Below, one piece after another: positions 20,101-28,014 of a stretch of 64,000 bases of DNA. The notes beneath the pieces are model-generated. The model was not told the origin of the DNA, did no database searches, and worked only from the letters and a program-made list of their open reading frames with translations. The stretch is from positions 1 through 64,000 of the IMG/VR virus record IMGVR_UViG_3300024261_000009. The stretch is one strand, 5' to 3'. Both the position numbers and the translations under genes were made by a program. Each line of letters begins with the position of its first letter. The first letter of the stretch is position 1. Source of the stretch: a virus.

Positions 20101-21086
20101 GAATAGGCACTACCCCGGGAGCTATAATCGGCGGACAGGACCCCATAGTAGGCTTCCACGAGACGCACCGAGCTAGCTGGGACGCCCTTGGAGGAGGCGA
20201 TGTGAGTACCTACGTCCCTCACGGTTTCCCCGAGGCCCTTAAGACAAAGCTGATGCTTGAAAGATCTCCCCTAGATGGGAACCAAGCTCACGTGTCAACC
20301 ACTCAGACCCTCCCTGGGGAGGCTACGCTTTTTCAGAGCATAGACCCCAATGACCCCTGGTACGAGGGAACAGGAAACCAGGCAGACCCCATCGGATCGC
20401 TTACGGTGGTTCCCATTGTTGACGATACTAGGCACATGCTCATTACCGATGAGACTATTGAGCTTAGAGTTATACTGGAGGACCAGAGCCCCGTGTTTCT
20501 AACCGACCCGGTAGTAAGAGCATCCGTAGACGTAGAGTTTATCTATGACGTGGCCGTATTTGACCCCAACGTTCACTCGGTAAGAGACTTCGGTATACTC
20601 CGACTTGGAAGCGCTGTCGTAGACTCCGTAACAATAACGACTAGCAACCTTCCGGGTTGGTTAACCCTAGTAGATAACAGCGATGGCACCGCCCTGTTGA
20701 GTGGAGTCCCCCCGGCAGGAGGAGATTTCTCGGTAACATTGTCTGCTTCAGACCAGTTGGCTAACATAGCCACCCAACAGTTTACGGTATCTGTTAACGA
20801 GAAACCTTCTTTTTCGTCAATCCCCGCCACCCTAATCGCGGTTCTGGGCCAGGTTTGGACTTACAACGTTGTGTGTTCAGATATCAACGGAACCGACTCT
20901 CTCAGAGTACTTCCAGGGTTCCTACCGCCTTGGTTAACGCTTACAGATAACGGAAATAGGACGGCTACTCTGCAAGGAACCCCCACGGGTAACGACTCCT
21001 TGGGCGGGTGGGACGTAGCTCTTATCGTGTCCGATTCTGCTGGACTAAGAACAACTCAACAGTTCACCCTACAAGTACAGAACTGA
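17166..21086 (+). CDS. Large baseplate wedge protein (gpI/gp7-like position) with C-terminal Ig-like (He_PIG/cadherin-like) repeats
   Basis: Follows J-like gene; two LPGWLTLVDNSDGTALLSGVP / LPPWLTLTDNGNRTATLQGTP repeats near the C-terminus. Confidence 0.65.
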   Translation: MSLRKVLLSGISDFWTRYFADTDIIEALHEGTLEMVAGAYKELVGTVLTQSFDTVPLTETVPWEPLFIFESDVYECVSSVPGETRYLVQLPFDIRDLSLIHNKVLDPTAALEVGFDFDIIRDDPRRFEELRLSSPFVPEEGYFLALKDDPFRDYSENESNLYRRFATRTFMGEYNVRLTDTTVDFSVNGLGVAVGDVVLAESFDGVRTLHKVESISTNYLEVSSRTPFIRVGDLASYSVGSFSDRPSYDNKLSATVAGQPRTTGTVTSRSKESRVLSAWAPDPQKDFYSLYYMYGHSVSLSETPSTEEYRSFVKGIWNLYLRGPSLENIEGALSVVSGIPVVRDEEETIVEVDLRDPLIPKVTTDLNYYEFSKYTKVRSDVILAAPKFNGETRAGLVRIITSGEVVNAGGFIDFLGVEPGNVLVPQDPQESVSSVIWATDTYLLVAASDARPAGYLVKNGGPARSYSVQEADSTPIPGAFFGSGVWLPNTAVPLTLPAYSTLSDAFVVTDHVETPDWWHTTTIPHNLTTLPFLRRAVTSEVFENFIGSDSGLVSVGDIGKIVGKDEELSQCLSLSPAGQGDPAGMFLACAVGDLVRLWVGGELVASTEVVMESGTQLVIQNFSVLSDSFSSDFVQGDPSSKRVLLASEEDPIKTREVDVIRQDKVSNSSLEIVAKFSIYGNNNSAQSVVGDNLYSAYLRYHPGVHHGIAWQVMDRYLKHNTFTVSWDANTQQFERDRAFYLDLILSSRPAGAYPYVEPGSTLVDRMRSPQDDPPAGADPLYGPRNLYRRIVILDHPHQRADFDVNKMSVDEGFPLQITGMENQYLIGERKREYLLVTDKITPVGGVGEANLLGLDFSFNGIPAEEDSIQVEFQATQHLFSGLDSNGVQASTGQDYVVGVDWVSSYREVDTSGNPIDSYSALIKLDNEPGSSEEMSLVAQGWNNQTFKFRVLASNGVDSFYPVFPNGADPVRTNTRVIGGIGTTPGAIIGGQDPIVGFHETHRASWDALGGGDVSTYVPHGFPEALKTKLMLERSPLDGNQAHVSTTQTLPGEATLFQSIDPNDPWYEGTGNQADPIGSLTVVPIVDDTRHMLITDETIELRVILEDQSPVFLTDPVVRASVDVEFIYDVAVFDPNVHSVRDFGILRLGSAVVDSVTITTSNLPGWLTLVDNSDGTALLSGVPPAGGDFSVTLSASDQLANIATQQFTVSVNEKPSFSSIPATLIAVLGQVWTYNVVCSDINGTDSLRVLPGFLPPWLTLTDNGNRTATLQGTPTGNDSLGGWDVALIVSDSAGLRTTQQFTLQVQN

Positions 21087-21252
21087 CTTTAGTCGAGGGT
21101 CTCATCGTAAAGTAGAACTACAGGGAAGTTCTGCTGTGGGAGACGTAGGTACCTTGACTATAAGAGTAAAGGTGGGTGTGGCGGCTAGTCCCGCGGAGGC
21201 AACTCCTGGGAATCCCGTTTACCACGACATAACTATACAGGTTTTCTCCTAA
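21049..21252 (+). pseudogene. Start-less +1-frame half Ig-like repeat after the wedge gene stop
   Basis: Open frame 21049-21252 reads ...RGSHRKVELQGSSAVGDVGTLTIRVKV...YHDITIQVFS*, matching the second half of the preceding repeats; no start codon before the domain. Confidence 0.55.
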
Positions 21253-21346
21253 GCAATTCTTACTATTGTTTTGCTTACAGCCGGGGTAGGGTATACCTTT
21301 CTTGTGGCTACCCTATGTTTAGATTGCGGGGCTTAGAGGTCAATTT

Positions 21347-21934
21347 ATGATAGTGAACGATTCATTTGGGTTTCTCCGAGGCGAGGTACTTCTCCGAGTC
21401 TTGGACAAAAACGGCACCTGCCTACACAGGTACGAAGATAAGAACGCCATAACCTACATGGCACCTCTAGTCATAAAGGACCTTCTTGTGCAGGCGACTA
21501 GTCCTCAGATGGGCGTTGGTTCTAGTAATGACCATCCATTATTCGAGGGTTGGGGGATAACACAGAATGTTGCTTCTGATTTCTCGCCCACCAACAATGC
21601 GCTAAGGTACCTACAGATAGGAACCGGAGGGGCCACCCCCGCTGTTCGGCAGCAACAAGCCTTAGTGACGCCTGTAGCGTCCGTTGTAGTACCTACTATC
21701 CTCTACCCAACCGCTAGCTCGATTCGTTGCGTGGCCCAGGTTGACGCTAACACGGGAAATGTAGCGGCCCCTATAAACGAAGTAGGTCTACTTACAAAGG
21801 GAAGTGCTGCCTATAGCGCCACGCCTGATATATCGCCTGCAGGTAGTAAACTTTTCGCCCGCCAGGTTCATCCGGCAGTAACAAAAACAGAGCAAGTCGT
21901 CCTAGAGTATTCTTGGACGATTTATTTTACGTAG
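21347..21934 (+). CDS. Putative tail collar/fibre-attachment protein
   Basis: NAITY, YLQIGTGG, INEVGL, LFARQVHPAVTKT...YSWTIYF pattern typical of collar-fibre proteins. Confidence 0.55.
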   Translation: MIVNDSFGFLRGEVLLRVLDKNGTCLHRYEDKNAITYMAPLVIKDLLVQATSPQMGVGSSNDHPLFEGWGITQNVASDFSPTNNALRYLQIGTGGATPAVRQQQALVTPVASVVVPTILYPTASSIRCVAQVDANTGNVAAPINEVGLLTKGSAAYSATPDISPAGSKLFARQVHPAVTKTEQVVLEYSWTIYFT

Positions 21935-21944
21935 AGAGAATCGT

Positions 21945-23747
21945 ATGTCGGTAAAATATAGTAGTACAGGTGTCCGTCACGTTCAAAATGGCGAAGCAGT
22001 TAACGAAACCGTTTTGAAAAGGCCTACCCAGGATTTAGAGACCCGCTCAGATGAGGCAAAGAGGTCTGTTAATCTTAACGAGGCTACAGACATCGTGTTC
22101 TCTGACTATGTTTTGTCAACGGGGTCCGGAACGGCCGCTATAGAAAGCGCCCAGGATTCCACCCTAACGGCTATCCCAGATCGCGGCCACCATCACCGAC
22201 TAACACTCACGGAAGACTTAAAGGTAGTAGGCAAGGCCGGGGAGTTTGAGCTAACAGTTAGTAGTGCGACTCTAATGGGACACTACAATGAGGCGTATAC
22301 GGATCCTAGTACGGGCAACGTGTACAACAAGGAAAACTGGTTGGCACAGATCTCTCCCTCGGCAGCGGTTGCGAATGTTACCGGGTTTGGTCACCCCTAC
22401 AAGGACCCCTCGACTTGCATCGTCTTAGACAAGTCTGAGTTTAGTACCGAGTACAGCACTTTTAGAAGGGGAGAGGGCCTACACTTAACGGAGGACCATT
22501 TATATAAGCTTCCCGCGTACAATAGGGTGCTTATTGATTCTTCCGCACAGGACGACTTTATCGAAAGAAATGGCCCTGGAGGCACGGGAGTACAGTTGTT
22601 TGACGCGGTCGGCGCAGATGGTTACTACCCTGTTTTGGATAGAGCAGCATCTAATTTTCAGGATCTTTACGCAGTTATAGAGTCAGTAACCCCCGCACAA
22701 GGCCAACCCCAGACATCCTTCTGGTATGCGCAGGGGTTTCGAGGCGGAAAGAACGTAGACGCTAATCAAGTAGTTCATAAGGACTATCTTAAGGTCGTTA
22801 AGGCTAACAATTCCGAGATAGTGTTAGCTGGAACCTCCGGTACCCGAGGAAACTGTTACGGCAACCCGCTCAACAGTGTGTCCCTTACCTTTTATACGAT
22901 TAATTTAGCTAACGGAAATCTGGTAGAAGCGGCAGATGCATCCCACCTTTTCACGAAGGTTACTCCTGCACCAATGGACCTTACTGATAAGGTGGTCATA
23001 CCCCTGGTAACTTTAGTCTCCGGAGAGAAGTTTATTTTTGGGACTAAGTCAGGGGTTTTGAAAAAACCTCAGGCTACGAGTCCCATGCCTGCAAACACTC
23101 CGCTGAGTGCTTTCAGCCTTCCCGTATGTCCTGTAGAGCAGTTTGCAGGCACCGCAGAGGGTTTCGCGGGAACAGACCTGATACACGCCCCTGCGTTGAG
23201 CTCAAACATATCAAATATAAGCATCCCCGCAGGGCCTTTAACGGGGGTTTTGGAGAAGATACTTACGGTTCTCTCTACGAGAGACATAACCACTCGTGTG
23301 GTGTACACCACCTCTGACTTAGCCTCCGCGGGAGGAGACGAGGTGTTAACCGAGAAGCACTTGTTCGGGTACGGATCTAATGATGCAGCGGTTAGCCCTA
23401 CGGTGGACGACCTTAACAACTACGCAAGGGTAAAGACCTTGGCTGTGGATGTGTTTAGTATCTTCACAGACAATACACTTGGTCCTATACAGGTCCTGGT
23501 TGATGTGGTGTCCACCGACCTGGGAGCTTCGCCCCTTATAGAAGGGCTTGTTGGTACCATAGACCCCCTTGTACCCGGCCGCACAGAGATAGGCATGACA
23601 ACCATGACTCATAATCAAGCGGTTGTTGATATATCAAACAAAAGAATAACTCGAGTAGTTCTCAGGCACGGATCTTTTAATGTTAACTCCACGGGGTCTA
23701 TTGCTCTAGATATCACTTACAACGCTATGGCTAACCTTGCCAGTTAG
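21945..23747 (+). CDS. Putative tail fibre/receptor-binding protein
   Basis: N-terminal GEAVNETVLKRPTQDL anchor-like segment; beta-rich 600 aa; module position. Confidence 0.5.
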   Translation: MSVKYSSTGVRHVQNGEAVNETVLKRPTQDLETRSDEAKRSVNLNEATDIVFSDYVLSTGSGTAAIESAQDSTLTAIPDRGHHHRLTLTEDLKVVGKAGEFELTVSSATLMGHYNEAYTDPSTGNVYNKENWLAQISPSAAVANVTGFGHPYKDPSTCIVLDKSEFSTEYSTFRRGEGLHLTEDHLYKLPAYNRVLIDSSAQDDFIERNGPGGTGVQLFDAVGADGYYPVLDRAASNFQDLYAVIESVTPAQGQPQTSFWYAQGFRGGKNVDANQVVHKDYLKVVKANNSEIVLAGTSGTRGNCYGNPLNSVSLTFYTINLANGNLVEAADASHLFTKVTPAPMDLTDKVVIPLVTLVSGEKFIFGTKSGVLKKPQATSPMPANTPLSAFSLPVCPVEQFAGTAEGFAGTDLIHAPALSSNISNISIPAGPLTGVLEKILTVLSTRDITTRVVYTTSDLASAGGDEVLTEKHLFGYGSNDAAVSPTVDDLNNYARVKTLAVDVFSIFTDNTLGPIQVLVDVVSTDLGASPLIEGLVGTIDPLVPGRTEIGMTTMTHNQAVVDISNKRITRVVLRHGSFNVNSTGSIALDITYNAMANLAS

Positions 23748-23758
23748 GGTATCCCTAA

Positions 23759-24115
23759 GTGACTCCTCCCATCCTAGATAAACTCACGGATAAGCTGGAA
23801 GCGTCTAGGACCTCCCCCGTAAAGATGTTCCTGCTAGGGGTCGCTGTTTCCATCGTCATTTGGTTGGTGTCCCGAACACGAAAAAAATTGGTTCACCGGA
23901 AAGAGTACCTAATTAAAAAATCTGAAGCGCTCTTGGTGGTGGACTTTGTCAGTAAGACCACCGACGAGCAGGCTCGGATACTAGATGCTATTCGCCTAAA
24001 TAGAAACGCTGCCAAAGTCATTGGCAAGAAGATAGCCTACTTGGACAAAAAGATTGAAAACACTGAGAATCGTATTAATTCTGCTCGTTCTTTTGACGAC
24101 CTCGAGGACCTTTAG
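23759..24115 (+). CDS. Membrane-anchored coiled-coil protein (i-spanin-like)
   Basis: Single N-terminal TM (MFLLGVAVSIVIWLV) followed by coiled coil; overlaps next gene. Confidence 0.45.
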   Translation: MTPPILDKLTDKLEASRTSPVKMFLLGVAVSIVIWLVSRTRKKLVHRKEYLIKKSEALLVVDFVSKTTDEQARILDAIRLNRNAAKVIGKKIAYLDKKIENTENRINSARSFDDLEDL

Positions 24116-24527
24116 TAAGCCTAAGTGGTCTGTGCCCGAGGATCTTCTTCAGAACCTACCCCTATCTTTGCCCAACTGGACTCAGAGAGGCGAGCACGCC
24201 TGTTATGACCTGGAGTCGGCTAAAAAATTAAAGATCTACGAGGCCCGATGTATGGGGGCTCGTGATAAGCTTAACCTAGTCCAACCCCTGCTGATGGATC
24301 AGGTAGGGGCTCTAAACGCGTATTACGCGTCTATGATTCTGCTAACTACCGCACTTAAAAAGTCCAAAAAAGCGCTTGAGGACCAGATTAAGGTCTCGGA
24401 TAGTTCGGAGCGTCTTAGGCAGGATGCCGAGTACTGGTCTATTACCGGCGGTATGCTTCCTTGGGTTATAACAGGAGTATCCTCCGCGTTTATAGTAGGA
24501 TATGTAGCGGGAAGCGTATCTGACTAG
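24054..24527 (+). CDS. Exported/membrane protein with signal peptide and C-terminal TM (spanin-partner-like)
   Basis: MKTLRIVLILLVLLTT signal; C-terminal hydrophobic LPWVITGVSSAFIVGYVAG; 62-nt overlap with upstream gene. Confidence 0.45.
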   Translation: MKTLRIVLILLVLLTTSRTFSKPKWSVPEDLLQNLPLSLPNWTQRGEHACYDLESAKKLKIYEARCMGARDKLNLVQPLLMDQVGALNAYYASMILLTTALKKSKKALEDQIKVSDSSERLRQDAEYWSITGGMLPWVITGVSSAFIVGYVAGSVSD

Positions 24528-25006
24528 GCGAGTGGGGTAGGTACTGGGGGAGCTCCGGGCACGAGATAGTGAACCCCCGCGGGCATAGCAGGAGTAATTC
24601 CCTTAGCCCACATGTCTATGGCTATAGCAACTTGGTTTAGAACCTGAGATTGGTCTATAGCACCAAAACCAGCAGCAAATAGGGGCATTAGTATCTGTGG
24701 TAGAAGACCCAGGGGCACCACAGGGGTAACGCCCGGTAGCGCTAGAGGTATCGCCTGGGTTAGTGCCGCCACTAGGCCCGCGTCTAGCGCCCTACAGAAG
24801 GTGTCTGGACTTGGGTTAGGTACTGCCATACTAGCAGAGAGGGGACCTCTTATAGCAGGGTCTAGGATAGCAGGGTTTAGCGGGGGAGTAGCCGCGCTAA
24901 GGTACCGCACTAGAGCCAGTGTCCAGATGTTAGCGGCGGTGGTCGAATCCGGAGCCGCTCTTGTAGGTTCTAATCCGGATATTAATGTTGCTACTACTAA
25001 GGGCAA
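24524..25006 (-). CDS. Hypothetical Pro/Ala-rich hydrophobic protein
   Basis: 160-aa ORF, TTG start overlapping the RuvC stop. Confidence 0.55.
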   Translation of the reverse strand: MPLVVATLISGLEPTRAAPDSTTAANIWTLALVRYLSAATPPLNPAILDPAIRGPLSASMAVPNPSPDTFCRALDAGLVAALTQAIPLALPGVTPVVPLGLLPQILMPLFAAGFGAIDQSQVLNQVAIAIDMWAKGITPAMPAGVHYLVPGAPPVPTPLA

Positions 25007-25524
25007 AGTTCTTTCCTCATCTTCTGAACAACTTCCTCAGAAGCCCTGCGTCTAACCAGGGATGAACCCTCTAGGACATCCTGACCCAGCCTTGCTAGGT
25101 GCCAGGCGTCCGAGATATCTTCTTGGTTTGTCCGACACCCTTGCTCCTGAGCAGCCTTCATCATTAATTCTTTCTTTGCGGTTCCGACCCCAACCGCATA
25201 CTTTTTCAGAGTCTTCGGTGGGACTATAATCACTGGAATCTTCTTTTTGAAAAGAACCAGCTTGAAAGTACCGTATACCTCGCCCAAGGTGAAGGGTTTG
25301 TTTATAGACCTGTAGGAGGGTCCTTCCATGGCTGCCAGATCTATTTTCTTACCTTCTAGGGTTTTTAGGACGGCTTCCTCAATAAATGCTAGTCTTTCTC
25401 CTTCTTTTAAGTTTCCTGGTTTAATAACCTGCTCTATAGTAATCCTATCGGGGGATAGCAGTACTATCCCCGTAGACCTGGCACTTGCATCTATACCTAG
25501 GACGGTGGTTTGAAATGGCATCAT
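24997..25524 (-). CDS. ruvC: RuvC-like Holliday junction resolvase
   Basis: VLGIDASARSTG, AMEGP, PKTLKKYAVGVGTAKK, DISDAWHLA; likely start ATG 25524 (GAGG upstream); track start 25581. Confidence 0.85.
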   Translation of the reverse strand: MMPFQTTVLGIDASARSTGIVLLSPDRITIEQVIKPGNLKEGERLAFIEEAVLKTLEGKKIDLAAMEGPSYRSINKPFTLGEVYGTFKLVLFKKKIPVIIVPPKTLKKYAVGVGTAKKELMMKAAQEQGCRTNQEDISDAWHLARLGQDVLEGSSLVRRRASEEVVQKMRKELCP

Positions 25525-25886
25525 TAAGTTTGCGCCTCGTGTGCTCAAATCAGGATTTGGGAGCAGCCCGTATGGTTGCAACGGTCACTAACCCTGTGGA
25601 CATCCCAGGTGAGATATTTGTATTAAAAGTAGGCTTAGCCGGTGCTGGGGACACGTATGACAGAATAGCTACCCCCTACGATATCCAGACTTTCCCCAGT
25701 ATTAAGGACGAGTCCCTTGGCTTTTATAGGGTTAGCACAGCTACTCTTGAATTTACAGATATAGATACAGCTTCCAAGGCTAGGGAGAGCATTCAGACCT
25801 CCGTTAAGCGACTCCTTGACGAGTACTCTACTGCTCAGACAAGCTTCGTCGGAGTTTTTGACCTCAACCTCGTATCGGGAGCTTAG
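25515..25886 (+). CDS. Hypothetical protein, paralog 1 of a three-gene family
   Basis: ATG 25515 after GGTGG; shares RIAT..D...P...YR...L.F.D.DTA pattern with 26699-27976. Confidence 0.6.
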   Translation: MASLSLRLVCSNQDLGAARMVATVTNPVDIPGEIFVLKVGLAGAGDTYDRIATPYDIQTFPSIKDESLGFYRVSTATLEFTDIDTASKARESIQTSVKRLLDEYSTAQTSFVGVFDLNLVSGA

Positions 25887-25890
25887 CCTC

Positions 25891-26706
25891 ATGTCGCAGA
25901 TAACCCTGACAAAGAGCATCTTCTTTGACGCCTCTGCCCCTCTTGAGATGGGTTGGAAGTTGTCTGTTCAAGCCTCAGGGACCTCCGGCGCTCCGGATAG
26001 GGTCTTCTTAAACAAGAGGTTCTTTGGGCCGAGGACCGGTTTCACGGGAACAGATTCTGATTATGTTCTTACGGGACAGTCTCAGAATTCCGTTCAGGAG
26101 TACGCCTCGGTCTATTGGTCGGAGTCAAAGTTCCTTCGAGTTGCGGCTGAGGAACAGCTCCCGGATACGGCTTCCAGTGACCCTGCTCTGTCTCACCCCT
26201 TTCCAAGGATTGGGTCAGGCCCTCTAACCATAGCCTCCTTTGGCTACCATGAGTTTTTGTCACGCAGTTTCGAGGAGCACCACTCTACTTGGGACTCGGC
26301 TAACTCCAGGTACCTAGAAATTAAGGCTGGGCTACTAGCTCTGGTTCAGGTCGAAGAGTCTCTAGCTGTTTCTAGCGTTTCCTTGGGCGTTCGGGGAGAT
26401 CCTCCGCTAAGGAACGGCACGCTGTATCAGGCCTACCCGGGGGATGTGATACACCTCGTTGCCTGGGGCGGGTCAGGTCAATACTCCTATGGGATACAGT
26501 CCGAACTGGGCGTGTCTGATAATAATTATCAGAGCTCAATAGATTCTTCTACAGGGAGGTTTGTTATGGGACCTGTGGTAGTTTCCGGAACCGCCAAGGT
26601 TGTCGTCTCTGTGACAGACGTTCCCAGTGCCCTGATAGCAAACTTAACTATAAACATGGTCCTCCCTCCCGAGGTCTCTGGTCCGGAGATAATACAAGAT
26701 GTCTAG
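25891..26706 (+). CDS. Hypothetical protein, divergent paralog 2 with C-terminal Ig-like domain
   Basis: ATG 25891 after GGAG; FLRVAAEEQLPD motif; C-terminal GGSGQYSY...VVVSVTD Ig-like pattern. Confidence 0.55.
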   Translation: MSQITLTKSIFFDASAPLEMGWKLSVQASGTSGAPDRVFLNKRFFGPRTGFTGTDSDYVLTGQSQNSVQEYASVYWSESKFLRVAAEEQLPDTASSDPALSHPFPRIGSGPLTIASFGYHEFLSRSFEEHHSTWDSANSRYLEIKAGLLALVQVEESLAVSSVSLGVRGDPPLRNGTLYQAYPGDVIHLVAWGGSGQYSYGIQSELGVSDNNYQSSIDSSTGRFVMGPVVVSGTAKVVVSVTDVPSALIANLTINMVLPPEVSGPEIIQDV

Positions 26707-27976
26707 TGTCACTAAGAGTGAGATCGTCCTTAAGCAGCGGCGGTATGCCGCAACGATAAACGGTCAGCCCTACTACAACATAGAGGTATCCGCGGAGCCT
26801 GGGGCTACTCCCGTAAGTTCTGATAGACCTATGGACAGTCACGTTTTCATAATGACCATAGGGACCACTTCCTCAGAAGACTCCTTTGCCCGGGTTGCTA
26901 CAATTGCAGATATGGACCTTGTTCCAACATTCAGAGACTTCTCTGTTTCTAGGGGCCAGACTGAGTATAGAACCGCTAATACTACGCTACGGTTTGTTGA
27001 TTTGGACACAGCTATAGCCGCCATCCCTGTTTTAAGAGACAGGGTTAACAACCTAGTGGACGTGTATACTACGGCGGTGCGTGACTTCCTTACTCCCACC
27101 TTGCCGGGATCTAATTTTCCCTCCGAGTTTTCTCTTCCGATGGGCGCTACTATCCTGTCGGTTAAGCAGGGGCTCATAGATTCTTACACTAAGGCTAGAG
27201 ATTCTCGAGCCGCGGTGGACTCTGACGTCGCAATAGTGCAGAGCGATTATGATAGTAACCTACTTTCCTTTGAGTGCGAGGCTCAAAAGAGCGCTATACA
27301 CTGTGATTACAGTTCTCAGTTTGTTGATATACACACGCAGCTGACCCCGCTGGTTAATCAGTTGAGCGCCGCTACTCTGGCCTTAGAGAAGGCTGCCGCA
27401 AACGCCAGCAGAAGTAGAGTCTTTAAGTTCTCCTCTCAGGAGGCTAAAGCCTCGGATCCCAACCTGGTTGATCCCAGTTGGTCCAGCGCTACAAGCGTAA
27501 CCTACTCCTTACCTGCTAATAGTGGAGTTACTCTGGGGGACCTTATAGAGGTAAGTGCTTCGGGCAGCGTTCAGATTAGAACCATCGTAGGGACAGCGGC
27601 CCCGGGACTCGAAGTCGCTCCCGCCCTAGACGGAATTCCTAATAACGTATCCCCTCACTTTAAAGTATACTCTATACTGGGGGCGTTCAATTTCTCAGAC
27701 TACGGGTCTACTGCCCAAGCCGCAGCCGAAACTCGAGCGGCCTACACTAAGTTTGTAAGCGAAACATTCGTCTCTGTAGGCTCGAAAAAGCAGGCTAGCG
27801 AAACGGAGTGCACTACTTCTAAGCAGGCCTCCGAGACCGCCTGGGGCACTGCGGAGACTTCCAAGGCCCTGGTACAGGCTAAGGACGCAGAGCTCACAAA
27901 AGCCCAAAGAGTAGAGACGGAAGCAACCGCGGAGTTAATTGCTTACTGCCCCACCCTAGACATATCCTCTCTATAG
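26699..27976 (+). CDS. Hypothetical protein, paralog 3 with coiled-coil segments
   Basis: FARVATIADMDLVP...YRTANTTLRFVDLDTA; long Ala/Glu/Lys helical regions. Confidence 0.6.
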   Translation: MSSVTKSEIVLKQRRYAATINGQPYYNIEVSAEPGATPVSSDRPMDSHVFIMTIGTTSSEDSFARVATIADMDLVPTFRDFSVSRGQTEYRTANTTLRFVDLDTAIAAIPVLRDRVNNLVDVYTTAVRDFLTPTLPGSNFPSEFSLPMGATILSVKQGLIDSYTKARDSRAAVDSDVAIVQSDYDSNLLSFECEAQKSAIHCDYSSQFVDIHTQLTPLVNQLSAATLALEKAAANASRSRVFKFSSQEAKASDPNLVDPSWSSATSVTYSLPANSGVTLGDLIEVSASGSVQIRTIVGTAAPGLEVAPALDGIPNNVSPHFKVYSILGAFNFSDYGSTAQAAAETRAAYTKFVSETFVSVGSKKQASETECTTSKQASETAWGTAETSKALVQAKDAELTKAQRVETEATAELIAYCPTLDISSL

Positions 27977-27981
27977 GACCT

Positions 27982-28011
27982 AAAAAAAGAGAGGCCCCTT
28001 AAGGCCCCTCT
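27982..28011 (-). terminator. Probable intrinsic terminator ending the minus-strand RT operon
   Basis: Minus strand AGAGGGGCCTTAAGGGGCCTCT imperfect GC stem followed by CTTTTTTT; between convergent genes. Confidence 0.5.
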
Positions 28012-28014
28012 GTG

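Noticed and set aside
21196-21207. GGAG-GCAA-CTCC GNRA hairpin suggesting a riboswitch
   Set aside because: It falls within the cryptic Ig-coding frame and no aptamer consensus surrounds it
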